From the NCBI GenBank assembly GCA_050916095.1, contig CP050901.1:1655474-1719473 (forward strand): a DNA stretch of 64,000 nucleotides. Direction: 5' to 3'. The DNA is from Rhizobacter sp. (GTDB lineage Bacteria > Pseudomonadota > Gammaproteobacteria > Burkholderiales > Burkholderiaceae_C). Under the pieces are notes generated by a model. That model did no database searches. It was given only the letters and a program-made list of their open reading frames with translations, and was not told where the DNA came from. Every line of letters starts with the position of its first letter. Positions within the stretch are counted from its first letter, which is position 1. The position numbers and the translations under genes are program-made. Positions 1 through 9,602 of the stretch are shown piece by piece.

Positions 1-510
1 CTGCTTGTCCAAAGAGCCTGCATCGCGCACGCCCACAAGACCCATGCCGCTGTCTAAATCGGTTTCTGTGGTGAACAGCCAGTGTGGCGATGCGGCTGAG
101 CGCCTGTTGGCCACCACATGCCCGTTGAAGCTGCGCCCGGCCTCGCTCCAGGCCCACTGTGCAGAACCATTGCGGGGTTGCCAGCGCAGCAGCCAGTCGC
201 CAGGGCGCCGTGCCACGGCCAACAGAGCTCCGCCGGGCTCGGCCAACAAACCATGCGCCCGTGTGGGCACCTCCAGCGAGATGTCAATGGACAGCCTGCC
301 ACTGAGTCCCGGAAGAAGCAGACCCACCCGATGGCCTTGCGCTTCATCCCAAGCCACCGCCAGGCGTGATCGATCTCGCAAGAACAAGGACGTCTGTGCA
401 GCAAGCACAGGCGATGTAATGAGTCCTGTACTGGCCCACGTCGCGGCGCCCGCTCGCAGAAAAAAACGCCGCGAGCATCCAACGTTGTTCGGATCAATCT
501 CCATCGGCAT
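1..510 (-). CDS. DUF1513 family protein, N-terminal ~170 aa (gene continues past the window's left edge)
   Basis: I translated the third minus-strand frame myself; it is absent from the ORF track because no stop falls inside the window. It reads MPMEIDPNNVGCSRRFFLRAGAATWASTG... with a Tat-type SRRxFLR signal and no internal stop down to position 1. Its position after the imelysin / DUF1111 / imelysin genes matches the canonical iron-regulated cluster order. Confidence 0.75.
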   Translation of the reverse strand, partial: MPMEIDPNNVGCSRRFFLRAGAATWASTGLITSPVLAAQTSLFLRDRSRLAVAWDEAQGHRVGLLLPGLSGRLSIDISLEVPTRAHGLLAEPGGALLAVARRPGDWLLRWQPRNGSAQWAWSEAGRSFNGHVVANRRSAASPHWLFTTETDLDSGMGLVGVRDAGSLDKQ

Positions 511-1615
511 CCGAAAACCCAATGCTGACTTCGAGCGCTGACGCCACCTGTGCTTCGGCCAGCCGCTTGGTCTGTGCCAATGCTCGGGCTGCTGCGAGTC
601 CCGGCTCAAAGCCAGCAGGTGGAGCTGGCAGGTAACCGGTCCGGTGCAGTTTTTTCATCGAAACGTCGCTGCGTTCGATCTGCATCACCCAGGCATCGGC
701 CAGCGGATTGAGTCCACGCCCACGCAAATAACTCTCGAGGCTGACCACCCCCTGACCGGGAGCAGGGCCCTGCTCACCGGGGAATACCGCCAGCTCGCGC
801 AGCACGCGCCACTGTCTCCACCAACTGTCGTAGGTGGCCCCGCTGAATGCGCGCGCAAAGGCCGGGGAGCCTGATACGTGATCCTTGGCCGAACGCCTTG
901 TTTGTTGCTCGCGCCAGGGCTTTTCCATTTGCGTCCAGCGCAGCCGCTCGAGGGCACCGATCCACTGGTTGATGAACGCAGAAAAAGCGGCATCGCCATC
1001 GGTCTCATCCCACTCTCGTTCAGCCTGTGCGCGAAACGCGGACTGCAAGGCCTTGGCGTCCCGCTCCAGTTCGGCTGCCACTTCCACAGCATATGCCGTT
1101 GCTTTGCTGCCGGGTTGCACCGGCTGGGCCCATAACAACCACTCCAATGCAGGAAAGCCCTTGGCCGGTGTGCCAATGCGCGCCATTTCTGAAGCGCCCG
1201 AGGGCGTACCTTCAATGGCGCGTTGGATCAGCAGTGGCCGTGTGGGGGTGAAGTCCATTTGCCGCAGTGAACGACGTTCGATGAGAGGGGCCAAAGGCAC
1301 TGTCGCCAAATTCTCCCAGGCTGCCAAGGTCGTCAACCAGCGCTCACGGGCATGGGCTAAGGGGGCTCGCGCAGCAGTTGCCTGGGTGCCATGAAGGGTT
1401 ATCAAGGCATCATGCAGCTGCCCGGTAGCGTCCACGAGGGCCTGCACGCGGCCGGGGGCCCAATGCCGATACAGTCCCACGGCCACATCGGTGGGGCGGT
1501 AAAACGGCACGGCCACGCTGGCGTACCCACTTTGAGCCCGGAGGTGGGAGCCAGTGGCCGCCCATGCCATGGCGATGGTGGCCCGCAAGACAAGACGGCG
1601 GCTCTCTTTGATCAC
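494..1615 (-). CDS. imelysin-like protein (peptidase M75 family, second copy in the cluster)
   Basis: 373 aa. Carries an ALEWLLW motif analogous to the HAIEFLLWG motif of the upstream imelysin. Cluster context. Confidence 0.7.
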   Translation of the reverse strand: MIKESRRLVLRATIAMAWAATGSHLRAQSGYASVAVPFYRPTDVAVGLYRHWAPGRVQALVDATGQLHDALITLHGTQATAARAPLAHARERWLTTLAAWENLATVPLAPLIERRSLRQMDFTPTRPLLIQRAIEGTPSGASEMARIGTPAKGFPALEWLLWAQPVQPGSKATAYAVEVAAELERDAKALQSAFRAQAEREWDETDGDAAFSAFINQWIGALERLRWTQMEKPWREQQTRRSAKDHVSGSPAFARAFSGATYDSWWRQWRVLRELAVFPGEQGPAPGQGVVSLESYLRGRGLNPLADAWVMQIERSDVSMKKLHRTGYLPAPPAGFEPGLAAARALAQTKRLAEAQVASALEVSIGFSDADGD

Positions 1616-3099
1616 AGCGACTCCACAAATTTCACCAACGCTTCGCGTTCGGCACGGTTCATCTTCAACACCTGCTGTTTGCTTTCTTCGGCTTCACCGC
1701 CATGCCACAGGATGGCCTCCAGCACACCGTTGGCCCGTCCATCGTGCAACAAGCGGGTGTGACCGTTGACGTCTTGGATTAGCCCAATGCCCCACAGCGG
1801 CGGTGTTTTCCACTGCTGGCCGTTGGCACGGAAGTCGGGGCGTCCATCGGCCAAAGCGGGGCCCATGTCATGCAACAACAAGTCGGTGTACGGCCAAATG
1901 GTTTGTCCTGAAAGCGCTGAGCTGGTCAGTCGCGGAAATGGCCCGCCCTCGGTTTTGTAGGAGGGACGGTGGCAAGCGGCACATTGGGCTTGCGAAAACA
2001 AAACCTGTCCGCGCAAAACCTGCGGGTCGTTCACATTTCGGCGTGCCGGTGGCGCGAGCACGGCTTGGTAGAACACCACGTCATCCAATGTCTTGTCGTC
2101 AATTTCCACACCCGTTGGCTTGGCCCCACCAGGCGCAGCCAAACAATCTCTTTGGGCCGGGGTACAGGCTTCTTGGCGAAAGTGACTGGAGGTGATGCCG
2201 ATATCTCCCAAAAACGCCCCCGCAGTTTGGTGCGCCAGCGTGGCCACATTGGCTTTCCAGCCAAAGCGGCCGATCATTTCCTTTGCTGCAAATGCGTCCC
2301 ACACCCTATTCGGTTGACCTTTGATGGGGCCGGGTGTGGCGGCCTGTGCCTGCGCGTTGGCAAGGATGTCTCTCTCGGCAATCGCCTCCAGCAAACCCAC
2401 GCCGATGACCTGCGGCGCGATGCGCGGACTGATCATGGTCTGCCTGCCCAAGGGGCCGTAGCCCAGTTGATCCAATTCATAAATGGGCTGCTGCAAGGTG
2501 TAGCGTGTGCCGTCGGCAAAACGCCCGTGCACAGCCTGCCAGCGCAGGCGCACCCTTGCCTCAGGTTTCACGCCCTGAACGGCTGCGGTGTTGAGCTGGT
2601 CACCATAAACTGGATGGGGGTTGGGGCCACCGTGTGCATCAAGCCCCGGCACTGACAGGCGCAGCAACAAGGACAACGGTTCTTGTGGCGACAGTCCATT
2701 CGTCCAAGGCGGCGGCTCACCGCGCCCATCGTGCAAATGGCAGGCGGCGCAGGAGCGCGCCAAAAAATGCGGTCCCAAACCATCCCGAGCCGTGGTGCTG
2801 GCCGGTGACTCCACCCAGTTGCGTTTGAAAAACGAGTTGCCGATGACAAAACGCGTACGCTCTTCATTGCTCAGGTTGGCTGCGGGAAAAGAAAATGCAT
2901 TGCGTCCCGTGGCCCACACAGTGGTCTCGCCGCCCACTTTTTCTCCGAAAGCATCGACCACGTTGCTGTCAGCACGGGTCGATGGCATCAGCCACAAGGT
3001 TGCGCTGGTGGCTGCCACGGCCCAAAAGATGAACTCGCGCTTGATCACAGTCCGGTCCTGATGATTACGGCTGAACCAAGGTGAGTTTTTTGATGCCAA
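1612..3099 (-). CDS. DUF1111 di-haem cytochrome c peroxidase-like thiol oxidoreductase
   Basis: 495 aa with two CAACH haem-binding motifs and an N-terminal signal. Sits between two imelysin genes, as expected. Confidence 0.8.
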   Translation of the reverse strand: MASKNSPWFSRNHQDRTVIKREFIFWAVAATSATLWLMPSTRADSNVVDAFGEKVGGETTVWATGRNAFSFPAANLSNEERTRFVIGNSFFKRNWVESPASTTARDGLGPHFLARSCAACHLHDGRGEPPPWTNGLSPQEPLSLLLRLSVPGLDAHGGPNPHPVYGDQLNTAAVQGVKPEARVRLRWQAVHGRFADGTRYTLQQPIYELDQLGYGPLGRQTMISPRIAPQVIGVGLLEAIAERDILANAQAQAATPGPIKGQPNRVWDAFAAKEMIGRFGWKANVATLAHQTAGAFLGDIGITSSHFRQEACTPAQRDCLAAPGGAKPTGVEIDDKTLDDVVFYQAVLAPPARRNVNDPQVLRGQVLFSQAQCAACHRPSYKTEGGPFPRLTSSALSGQTIWPYTDLLLHDMGPALADGRPDFRANGQQWKTPPLWGIGLIQDVNGHTRLLHDGRANGVLEAILWHGGEAEESKQQVLKMNRAEREALVKFVESL

Positions 3100-4219
3100 T
3101 GGCCGATGCCGCCGACACCATCTGCTCAGACTGTGCGGTCAGGCTTTTGATGGTGGCCTCGATCTTCGCGCGGCCCGGATGGCCTTGCACGATGGCGCGG
3201 TCAAATGGCGCAGGAATGGCCTCGGCGGCCAGTACCGAGCTGCGGATTTGCTGGGTGACTTTGTCGGCCAACGCGGCGTCCTTGGCTGCCACCAGTTCAC
3301 GCAGGCTCGGACCTTGTAAGGTGCTGCCATCTGCGCGCACATACCGCCCTAACCAGACGTTTTCGATGCCTTTGGCATTGGTCACCGCATCGCGGTGGGT
3401 GTTGTCGGAGAAACAGCTGTGTTCGTCCTCTTGGTCCTGGCTGGCCAAGGCCACCTCCAAACGTTCGCCCGCCAACTCACCACGTGAGAGCGAACCCATC
3501 GCCACCAACATCTTGCGCAGCGACTCGTTGCCACCTTTTTCGAAGCGAGCGCGGTAGTTGTTTTTAGTGTCGGGTGACCAAGCCTTGACCAGGAAGGTCA
3601 GGTCGTCGATCAGCAACTCCGTGACGACGTTGAGGTACTGGCGGCGGCGGTCGGCGTTGGGTGCCTTGCCATCCACAAAGTCTTCAAAGTTGCGGTTGCC
3701 GGGGCCGGTTTCGGACAGGTCTTGGCCCCATAGCAAAAACTCAATCGCATGCCAGCCGGTGGCGATGTTCTCTTCACCACCTTTTTCATTCTGTGCAGCC
3801 AACGCTTTTTTGGTGATGGGCTTTTTGCGGTTGTTGACGAGCCCAACCGCCTTCTTACCTTCCACGTAGTCCACGTAGGACTCGTCCATGGGCCAGGCGT
3901 TGATCTGGCCTTCGGGGCCTTTGTCGTCGTCAATGGGGCCGCCGTAAAAGCGGAACGCTTCGGTCTGTCCATAGAACTCACGCGCCGCCAGCCACGCTTG
4001 GCGGGCCTTGTCCAAATCCGCCTGAGATGGCGATGCGGTGAAGGCTTGAATGGCTTGCTGCATGGTCCTGGTCGCAGCCAATGCATCGTTGTAGTTGGCA
4101 TGCACCAGGGTGGCGTAGTGCGCAGCAACCGATGCAGGCGTGGCCGGCGTTTGGGCCCAACATGGGGCAGCCAGTGCCAGCCACAGCGCGGTAGCAATCA
4201 AGAGAGGTTGAAGTTTCAT
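3065..4219 (-). CDS. imelysin (IrpA/ICMP-like iron-regulated periplasmic protein)
   Basis: Signal peptide MKLQPLLIATALWLALAAPCWAQ. Motif GWHAIEFLLWGQD. I trimmed the start to the internal Met that carries the signal peptide. Confidence 0.8.
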   Translation of the reverse strand: MKLQPLLIATALWLALAAPCWAQTPATPASVAAHYATLVHANYNDALAATRTMQQAIQAFTASPSQADLDKARQAWLAAREFYGQTEAFRFYGGPIDDDKGPEGQINAWPMDESYVDYVEGKKAVGLVNNRKKPITKKALAAQNEKGGEENIATGWHAIEFLLWGQDLSETGPGNRNFEDFVDGKAPNADRRRQYLNVVTELLIDDLTFLVKAWSPDTKNNYRARFEKGGNESLRKMLVAMGSLSRGELAGERLEVALASQDQEDEHSCFSDNTHRDAVTNAKGIENVWLGRYVRADGSTLQGPSLRELVAAKDAALADKVTQQIRSSVLAAEAIPAPFDRAIVQGHPGRAKIEATIKSLTAQSEQMVSAASAIGIKKLTLVQP

Positions 4220-4259
4220 GGGGGTATTTCTTCCTGAAGTGGTTGAAGTAGGGGGTGTG

Positions 4260-6374
4260 TCAGAAGCGGTAGCGCACATTCAGGGCAGCGTTCAAACGCT
4301 CGCCATAACCGCAGTCTTGGTTTGCTCCTCGACACCAGGAGACATACTCTTTGTCAGCCACGTTTTTCACGTCCAGGCGTACATCCCATGGGCCGTTTGA
4401 ATAACCCACCATGGCATCCATCAGCGACACCGAGGGCAGCACCGGTGTGCCCGCATTGCCTGTCACATCACCGATGTACCTTGCCCCCAAGCCCACACGC
4501 CAGCCGCTGGCAAACTTGTATTGCGTCCAGGCCGATGCGGTTTTCTCGGCAATAGAACTCAAGCGTTTGCCGGTGACAGCATTCACTGCATCAAGTTGCG
4601 TGTAGTTGCCCAGCAGTTCCAGTCCCCCGGCGCGGTGCCTGGCCTCCAGCTCCCAGCCTTTGGTGGTGGAGCCAATTTGCTCCCTGCCGCCAGGCGTTGC
4701 GCCATCCACCACACGGTTCTTTTGTTCAATGTCGAACCATGCGATAGCCGCCGAAGTGTTGCCGCTGGCGGAAAGGTACTTGGCACCCACCTCGGTTTGC
4801 TGGCCGGTGGTGGGCTTGAGATAACCCGCGCCGGGCGTGCCATCGGTGCCCAGGTTGGGTGAGAACGCATCGGAGATGCTGGCGTAGGGCGATAAGCCAT
4901 TGTCAAACCGGTACATCAAACCCAAACGCCCCGTGGTGGCCGAGTTGCGCACCACGGTGTTCGGTGTGGTGGGGTTGAGCACCTCGTTGCGCGCCTGGTC
5001 GTGCCGCACTGCCAGCGACACCACCGCCGGCCCCCAACTGATGTGGTCGGTGACGTAGAGGCCCGTCTGCACAATTTTGTTGTCGGGCCTGTCGGTGGTG
5101 GGCAGCGCATTCAGGTTGAGTGTTCCGACATTGCCGTATACCGGCTGGTACAAATTGAGGTTGCCCACCCCTGACTGACTGAGGGAGTTGTACTCCTCCC
5201 AAAACGCATCCTGGTAGTCCAGTCCCACAGCCAACTCGTGTTGGGTGGGACCCAGCTTGACTTGGCCCTGCAAGCGCAGGTCGGCAGCGAGCACATCGGT
5301 CTTGCGGTCTGCCGAGTGAACGGTGCGAGTGATGTTGCCCGCGTCCGTGGGGATGGCGCCCACGGTGGCCCAAATTTCTCGCGTGACGCTGCTGGACTTG
5401 GTTTGGCGCGCGGTGGCGGCCAGCTTCCAGTTCTGACTGATGCGTTGATCCAAAAACAGGCTGAACTCGTTCTTGCGCATCTCGTACCGATCCCAGCCCG
5501 GCTCCCCCGCAAAACGGCTGCTGGGAATGCGCCCCAGTGGCGCATCACCCAGCGTGCCTTTGTACGGCAGGAACTGCGAAGACACCTTGGTGTCGTTTTG
5601 TTGATGGATGAACAGCGCCGTCAAGCGTGTGTCCGCATTGGGCTGCCAACTGAGCGATGGCATCAAAAGCTGCGCATCGTCATTCACATAGTCCACCTGT
5701 GTATTGCTGTCGCGTTTGAGCGCCACCAAGCGGTAGAGCCACGATTTACTCTGGTTCAGTGGCCCGGTCACGTCCGCCGCGAGTTGCTTGCGTTCGTAGC
5801 TGCCCAGTTGTAAGTCCACTTCACGCGCGGCGACCTTTTGAGGCTTTTTGGTCACCACGTTCACGATGCCCCCCAAGTCGGCCTGACCATAGTGAGCAGA
5901 GGAAGGCCCCTTCAGCACTTCAACACTTTCCAGCGTGTAAATCTCTGGCCGCACGTTGTTATAAAAGCCGAACAAGCCACGCAAGCCGTCGATGTAATTC
6001 GAGGGTGACAGGCCGCGTACAGCCGCCCAGTCGACCCGGGTGTCGAAACCAAAACGACCGGTGTAAACGCCCGCGCTGTATTGGAGCGACTCCTGGATGT
6101 TTTTGGCGCCGGTTTCGCGGATTTGTTCCACATCAATCACAGTCACTGACGACGGAGTGTCTTGTACGCTGGCTGCCGATTTGCCAACCGAAGCCGGCCT
6201 TTGCTGGGTGATGAGCCGGTCGCTTGCGGGGGTTTTGGCTTTGATGTTGACCTCGGGCAAGGTGCTTGCGCCTTGAGGTGCAGCTTGTGCCCAAGCCAAG
6301 GAATGTCCCAGTGCGAGTGCAGCACAGAGCGGAAGTTTTTTGAAGCGCAGCGAACGGTTTGATGTTGTTTTCAT
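4260..6374 (-). CDS. TonB-dependent outer-membrane receptor
   Basis: 704 aa. Signal peptide, plug/barrel features, C-terminal ...NVRYRF aromatic terminus. Confidence 0.85.
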   Translation of the reverse strand: MKTTSNRSLRFKKLPLCAALALGHSLAWAQAAPQGASTLPEVNIKAKTPASDRLITQQRPASVGKSAASVQDTPSSVTVIDVEQIRETGAKNIQESLQYSAGVYTGRFGFDTRVDWAAVRGLSPSNYIDGLRGLFGFYNNVRPEIYTLESVEVLKGPSSAHYGQADLGGIVNVVTKKPQKVAAREVDLQLGSYERKQLAADVTGPLNQSKSWLYRLVALKRDSNTQVDYVNDDAQLLMPSLSWQPNADTRLTALFIHQQNDTKVSSQFLPYKGTLGDAPLGRIPSSRFAGEPGWDRYEMRKNEFSLFLDQRISQNWKLAATARQTKSSSVTREIWATVGAIPTDAGNITRTVHSADRKTDVLAADLRLQGQVKLGPTQHELAVGLDYQDAFWEEYNSLSQSGVGNLNLYQPVYGNVGTLNLNALPTTDRPDNKIVQTGLYVTDHISWGPAVVSLAVRHDQARNEVLNPTTPNTVVRNSATTGRLGLMYRFDNGLSPYASISDAFSPNLGTDGTPGAGYLKPTTGQQTEVGAKYLSASGNTSAAIAWFDIEQKNRVVDGATPGGREQIGSTTKGWELEARHRAGGLELLGNYTQLDAVNAVTGKRLSSIAEKTASAWTQYKFASGWRVGLGARYIGDVTGNAGTPVLPSVSLMDAMVGYSNGPWDVRLDVKNVADKEYVSWCRGANQDCGYGERLNAALNVRYRF

Positions 6375-6455
6375 AGGGTTAAAAAGAAGAGTGGAAGAAA
6401 AACATGTGGTGCTCCACGGGTCAGTTCAATGCGTGGTTGCCCAAGACGAAACGCC

Positions 6456-7046
6456 TCAGCAAGCGCTTGAACAAGCCGAGTCACACAGCAACTCAGACAC
6501 CATGCGCCGCCAAGTCCGGGTGCAGCGTGCCTCTTCCTCCTGGTCTGGACAGGTGTGTGACGGCAAAGCGCAGCACTCCCCGGAGAGCACGAGCAAGGGG
6601 TCTTCTTGCTCATCGAATAATTCGAGTGCACAACTCAAACCCAGGGCTGTGGGGTGACGAACGATCCAGGCCCGCGATAGATGATCCGAGCACAGGTGCA
6701 ACAAGCGCCCAGCCTGGTGGATGCGCAGGCCCTGCGCGGTGGACTGCACCAATTCAATGCAGCCGCGCGACTCAAATGCATTCGGCTGCTCAAGCCACTG
6801 CATTTGCAGTGGAACGTTGGATTGAGCGGCCGCTTGTAGAAGGCGCTCGACGTCGTCGGCCTCAATGGGCACGGCAAATCCCGGCTCTGCCGCACGCAAG
6901 GCTTGCAGGCGTGAGAGACCTTGCCGCGAAATAAGGGCCTCCAGCTCGCTTCGGCTGCGAATGCAAGACCAGTCCCATTGAATGGGGCTGGGTGGTGATG
7001 TGCCCAGGTGTGCAGCGTGAAACATTGACATAGCAAAGTCCTCCAA
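6456..7046 (-). CDS. hypothetical Cys-rich protein between the receptor and exbD
   Basis: 196-aa ORF on the same strand as the operon. I recognise no family. Confidence 0.35.
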   Translation of the reverse strand: MEDFAMSMFHAAHLGTSPPSPIQWDWSCIRSRSELEALISRQGLSRLQALRAAEPGFAVPIEADDVERLLQAAAQSNVPLQMQWLEQPNAFESRGCIELVQSTAQGLRIHQAGRLLHLCSDHLSRAWIVRHPTALGLSCALELFDEQEDPLLVLSGECCALPSHTCPDQEEEARCTRTWRRMVSELLCDSACSSAC

Positions 7047-7162
7047 AAAAGTTCAGAAAAACAGTGCTGGCGGATGGCTGGCAGGAGCGTCGTTGCAAAA
7101 CGCATGTGAAGTGATGAGGCTGCGGCCTGCCGATAAAGGGGAGGGCGGCAGGTCGTGGTTAT

Positions 7163-7585
7163 TCAGTTTCCTGGCTCGGTCACAAACCCCAGCTTGAGCA
7201 GACCCGAACGCCGCACGGCAGCCATGGTTTTGGCCACGTGTTCGTATTCCACTTTGCGGTCACCGCGAATGAAGATCTCGGGTTGAGGCGCGCTTTTGGC
7301 CGCTATTTCCAGGCGCTGCGCAAGCGCTTGCTCGTCCAGCCTGTCGTTGTTCCAGAACACCGCCCCATCCGTCGCAATCGACAGGTTGATGGATTCGGGT
7401 TTCACCACCTGAGACGTGTTTTCTGCCCGGGGTAAATCCAGCTTCACCGTGTGGGTGAGCACCGGCACGGTGATGATGAAGATGATCAGTAGCACCATCA
7501 TCACGTCGATCAGCGGCACCATGTTGATGTCGCTGACCACGTCGTCGCTGCTGCTGTCCAGTCCACTGCCGAAGGCCATGGTCAC
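7163..7585 (-). CDS. exbD: biopolymer transport protein ExbD/TolR
   Basis: 140 aa with the typical NMVPLIDVMMVLLIIF transmembrane segment. Confidence 0.85.
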   Translation of the reverse strand: MTMAFGSGLDSSSDDVVSDINMVPLIDVMMVLLIIFIITVPVLTHTVKLDLPRAENTSQVVKPESINLSIATDGAVFWNNDRLDEQALAQRLEIAAKSAPQPEIFIRGDRKVEYEHVAKTMAAVRRSGLLKLGFVTEPGN

Positions 7586-8337
7586 GCTCCCTTCTTCACC
7601 AAAGCAGTGCGCATGGCCGTGACGTTGGCCGTCTCTTTGCTGACTGGCGAGCCAGTCAGAAAGTACGCGTGCAACTGACGCGCGAAACGATTGAGTTTGT
7701 TGGTGACGCCTTTGTTGCTGCGGATGAATGCGTTGTAGCCCAGCACCGCAGGTATCGCTACCGCCAAACCAAAGGCCGTCATGATGAGGGCCTCGCCCAC
7801 AGGGCCCGCCACCTTGTCAATGCTGGCTTGGCCACTGGCACCAATGCCCACCAGCGCGTGGTAGATGCCCCAAACGGTGCCGAAGAGACCGACAAACGGC
7901 GCGGTGGAGCCCACCGAAGCCAGCACGGCCAAGCCTGCGTTCATCCGTTCAGTGCTGTCGTCAATGGCCCCGCGCAGGCTTTCGCTCAGCCACTCGGCCA
8001 AACTGAGCTGGCCGTGCAAGTCGTCCTTGTTGCTGCTGTGGTGGTCTACTGCTGCCTGGCCTTCCAGCGCGATGAAACGAAAAGGGTTGTTCGCGCCTTG
8101 CTGGTCCAACAGAGCCATTCCTTCGGCAAAGCTGTGGGTGTGCCAAAAGTCCGCCACCGCACGTCCCGCACGGCGTAGCCGCATGGTGCGCCAGGTGCGG
8201 GTGGCGATGACGTACCAAGACACGATGGACATCAGCAGCAGCAACATGGCCACGCTTTTAATGATGGCGTCGCCTTGCGCCCAAAGCGCGGCCAGGCCGT
8301 AGGGGTTGTCGGTCATTGAAGAATCTCCATAGAACAA
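7582..8337 (-). CDS. exbB: MotA/TolQ/ExbB proton channel
   Basis: 251 aa, three-TM ExbB pattern. 4-bp overlap with exbD. Confidence 0.85.
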   Translation of the reverse strand: MFYGDSSMTDNPYGLAALWAQGDAIIKSVAMLLLLMSIVSWYVIATRTWRTMRLRRAGRAVADFWHTHSFAEGMALLDQQGANNPFRFIALEGQAAVDHHSSNKDDLHGQLSLAEWLSESLRGAIDDSTERMNAGLAVLASVGSTAPFVGLFGTVWGIYHALVGIGASGQASIDKVAGPVGEALIMTAFGLAVAIPAVLGYNAFIRSNKGVTNKLNRFARQLHAYFLTGSPVSKETANVTAMRTALVKKGA

Positions 8338-8370
8338 GGAATCACAAGGGATGAGGGAGGACTGAACAAC

Positions 8371-9156
8371 TCAACCCTCCAGTGAAAAGGTCAAAGGCTG
8401 CACATACCAAAAGGGGATGGCCTCGCTGCCGCGCCGGGCGGGCTGGTAACGCCATTGCCGCACCGCCTCCAGCGCGGCTTGATCCAGCCGGGGATAGCCG
8501 CTGCTGCGTTTGAGTTTGATGTCGCCCACCGAGCCATCGGCCAGGATATAAACATCCAACTGAACGCGGCCTTGTTCACCCAAACGCCGGGAGACGGGCG
8601 GATAGGCGGGGGCGGGGTTGTTGAGGTGGGCGGCATCCGAACGCGGTGGCACCACGGGCGCGGGGACGGCCACTGGTGCAGGCGCGGGCGGTGCAGGGGA
8701 AGGAAGTGCCTCGACCGCAGCAGCCTCTGCCACGGCGGGGGGGGCGGGCACAGGTGGCGCTGCCGTGACTGCCCGCTCGGAAGGTGCTGCCACAGGTGCG
8801 GGGGGCACGGGCTGGCGTCGCACCACGGGCCGAGGTGGCGGCTGCGGTTGCGGTTGTGCCACTGCCGGCAAGGGCACCGGTTCGACCACCGGTGGGGCCG
8901 TGACCAGCATGCCCACCACAGCAGGTGGTGCGACAGGCAGGTTGTGTTGGTTGAAGTATTGAATCAGCACCACCGCCAGCAGCAAGTGAAGCAAAGCCAC
9001 GGCCATCAAGGCCCAGGGGTTTTCAGAACTGCCCTGAGTCGCTGCAACAACCAGTGTGTGCAGAGGTGGTGCAGGCGGCGGTGTGTCGGAACGGGTATCC
9101 GCCGGATTGCCGGTCAAACCCGTTGCAATCGGTATTGATTGAGAAAATGCAGACAT
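8371..9156 (-). CDS. tonB: energy transducer TonB
   Basis: N-terminal TM segment, long Pro/Ala-rich linker, C-terminal TonB domain (...YPRLDQAALEAVRQWRYQP...). Confidence 0.85.
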   Translation of the reverse strand: MSAFSQSIPIATGLTGNPADTRSDTPPPAPPLHTLVVAATQGSSENPWALMAVALLHLLLAVVLIQYFNQHNLPVAPPAVVGMLVTAPPVVEPVPLPAVAQPQPQPPPRPVVRRQPVPPAPVAAPSERAVTAAPPVPAPPAVAEAAAVEALPSPAPPAPAPVAVPAPVVPPRSDAAHLNNPAPAYPPVSRRLGEQGRVQLDVYILADGSVGDIKLKRSSGYPRLDQAALEAVRQWRYQPARRGSEAIPFWYVQPLTFSLEG

Positions 9157-9210
9157 GGTGAAGCCTCAGACAAACACAGGGCTGGCTTCACCGGAGGTGT
9201 GGCTGGCGCG
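9157..9210 (-). ncRNA. conserved 5' leader hairpin element (copy 1, tonB leader)
   Basis: RNA-sense GGUGAAGCC ... 18 nt ... GGCUUCACC-AUG. Includes a GGCUGGC direct repeat and a CACC-GGA-GGUG mini-hairpin. Nearly identical in sequence and spacing to 12561-12613. Confidence 0.4.
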
Positions 9211-9230
9211 AGGGCTGATTGTAGCTCGCA

Positions 9231-9251
9231 AATGAGAATGATTCTTATTAC
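9231..9251. promoter_or_regulatory. candidate Fur box upstream of tonB-exbBD
   Basis: AATGAGAATGATTCTTATTAC resembles the 19-bp Fur consensus GATAATGATAATCATTATC. Lies about 75 nt upstream of the tonB ATG. Confidence 0.45.
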
Positions 9252-9269
9252 TGAATGGGTTTCAAATCA

Positions 9270-9602
9270 TCACTTCGAACTGCTGTCGTGCTGAAGCTGA
9301 CGCGCCAGGGGTGCGAGCCACCGAGGCTTCCATGTCAGCACGAAAGCCACGGTCATGGCATTGAACGTCAGCATCACGGTCCACAACAAGCTGCCAAAAC
9401 CGGGGCCCTGGCTGTGCAGGAGGCCCATGAGGGCGCAGGCCTGCATCAGCAAACCCACGGCTGCCAGCCCACGTCCACCGAGGCGCTGTGCCAGGGGCAA
9501 ACCCGAGACATGGCTCCAATGCCGCTCTTGTGAGAGCGCCAGCGCGACAAACCCCAGCCAACTGCCGACAAAGGCCAGCCCGGTCAGCACTGTTTCAAAC
9601 AT
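9270..9602 (-). CDS. DUF3325 domain membrane protein
   Basis: 110-aa hydrophobic protein directly downstream of the PepSY-TM gene, the typical partner arrangement. Confidence 0.7.
   Translation of the reverse strand: MFETVLTGLAFVGSWLGFVALALSQERHWSHVSGLPLAQRLGGRGLAAVGLLMQACALMGLLHSQGPGFGSLLWTVMLTFNAMTVAFVLTWKPRWLAPLARQLQHDSSSK

Noticed and set aside
5-541. 178-aa plus-strand ORF and 147-aa minus-strand ORF (54-497) at the left edge
   Set aside because: W/C/R/P-rich compositions typical of wrong-frame translation in high-GC DNA. The third minus frame encodes a clean DUF1513 N-terminus with a Tat signal.
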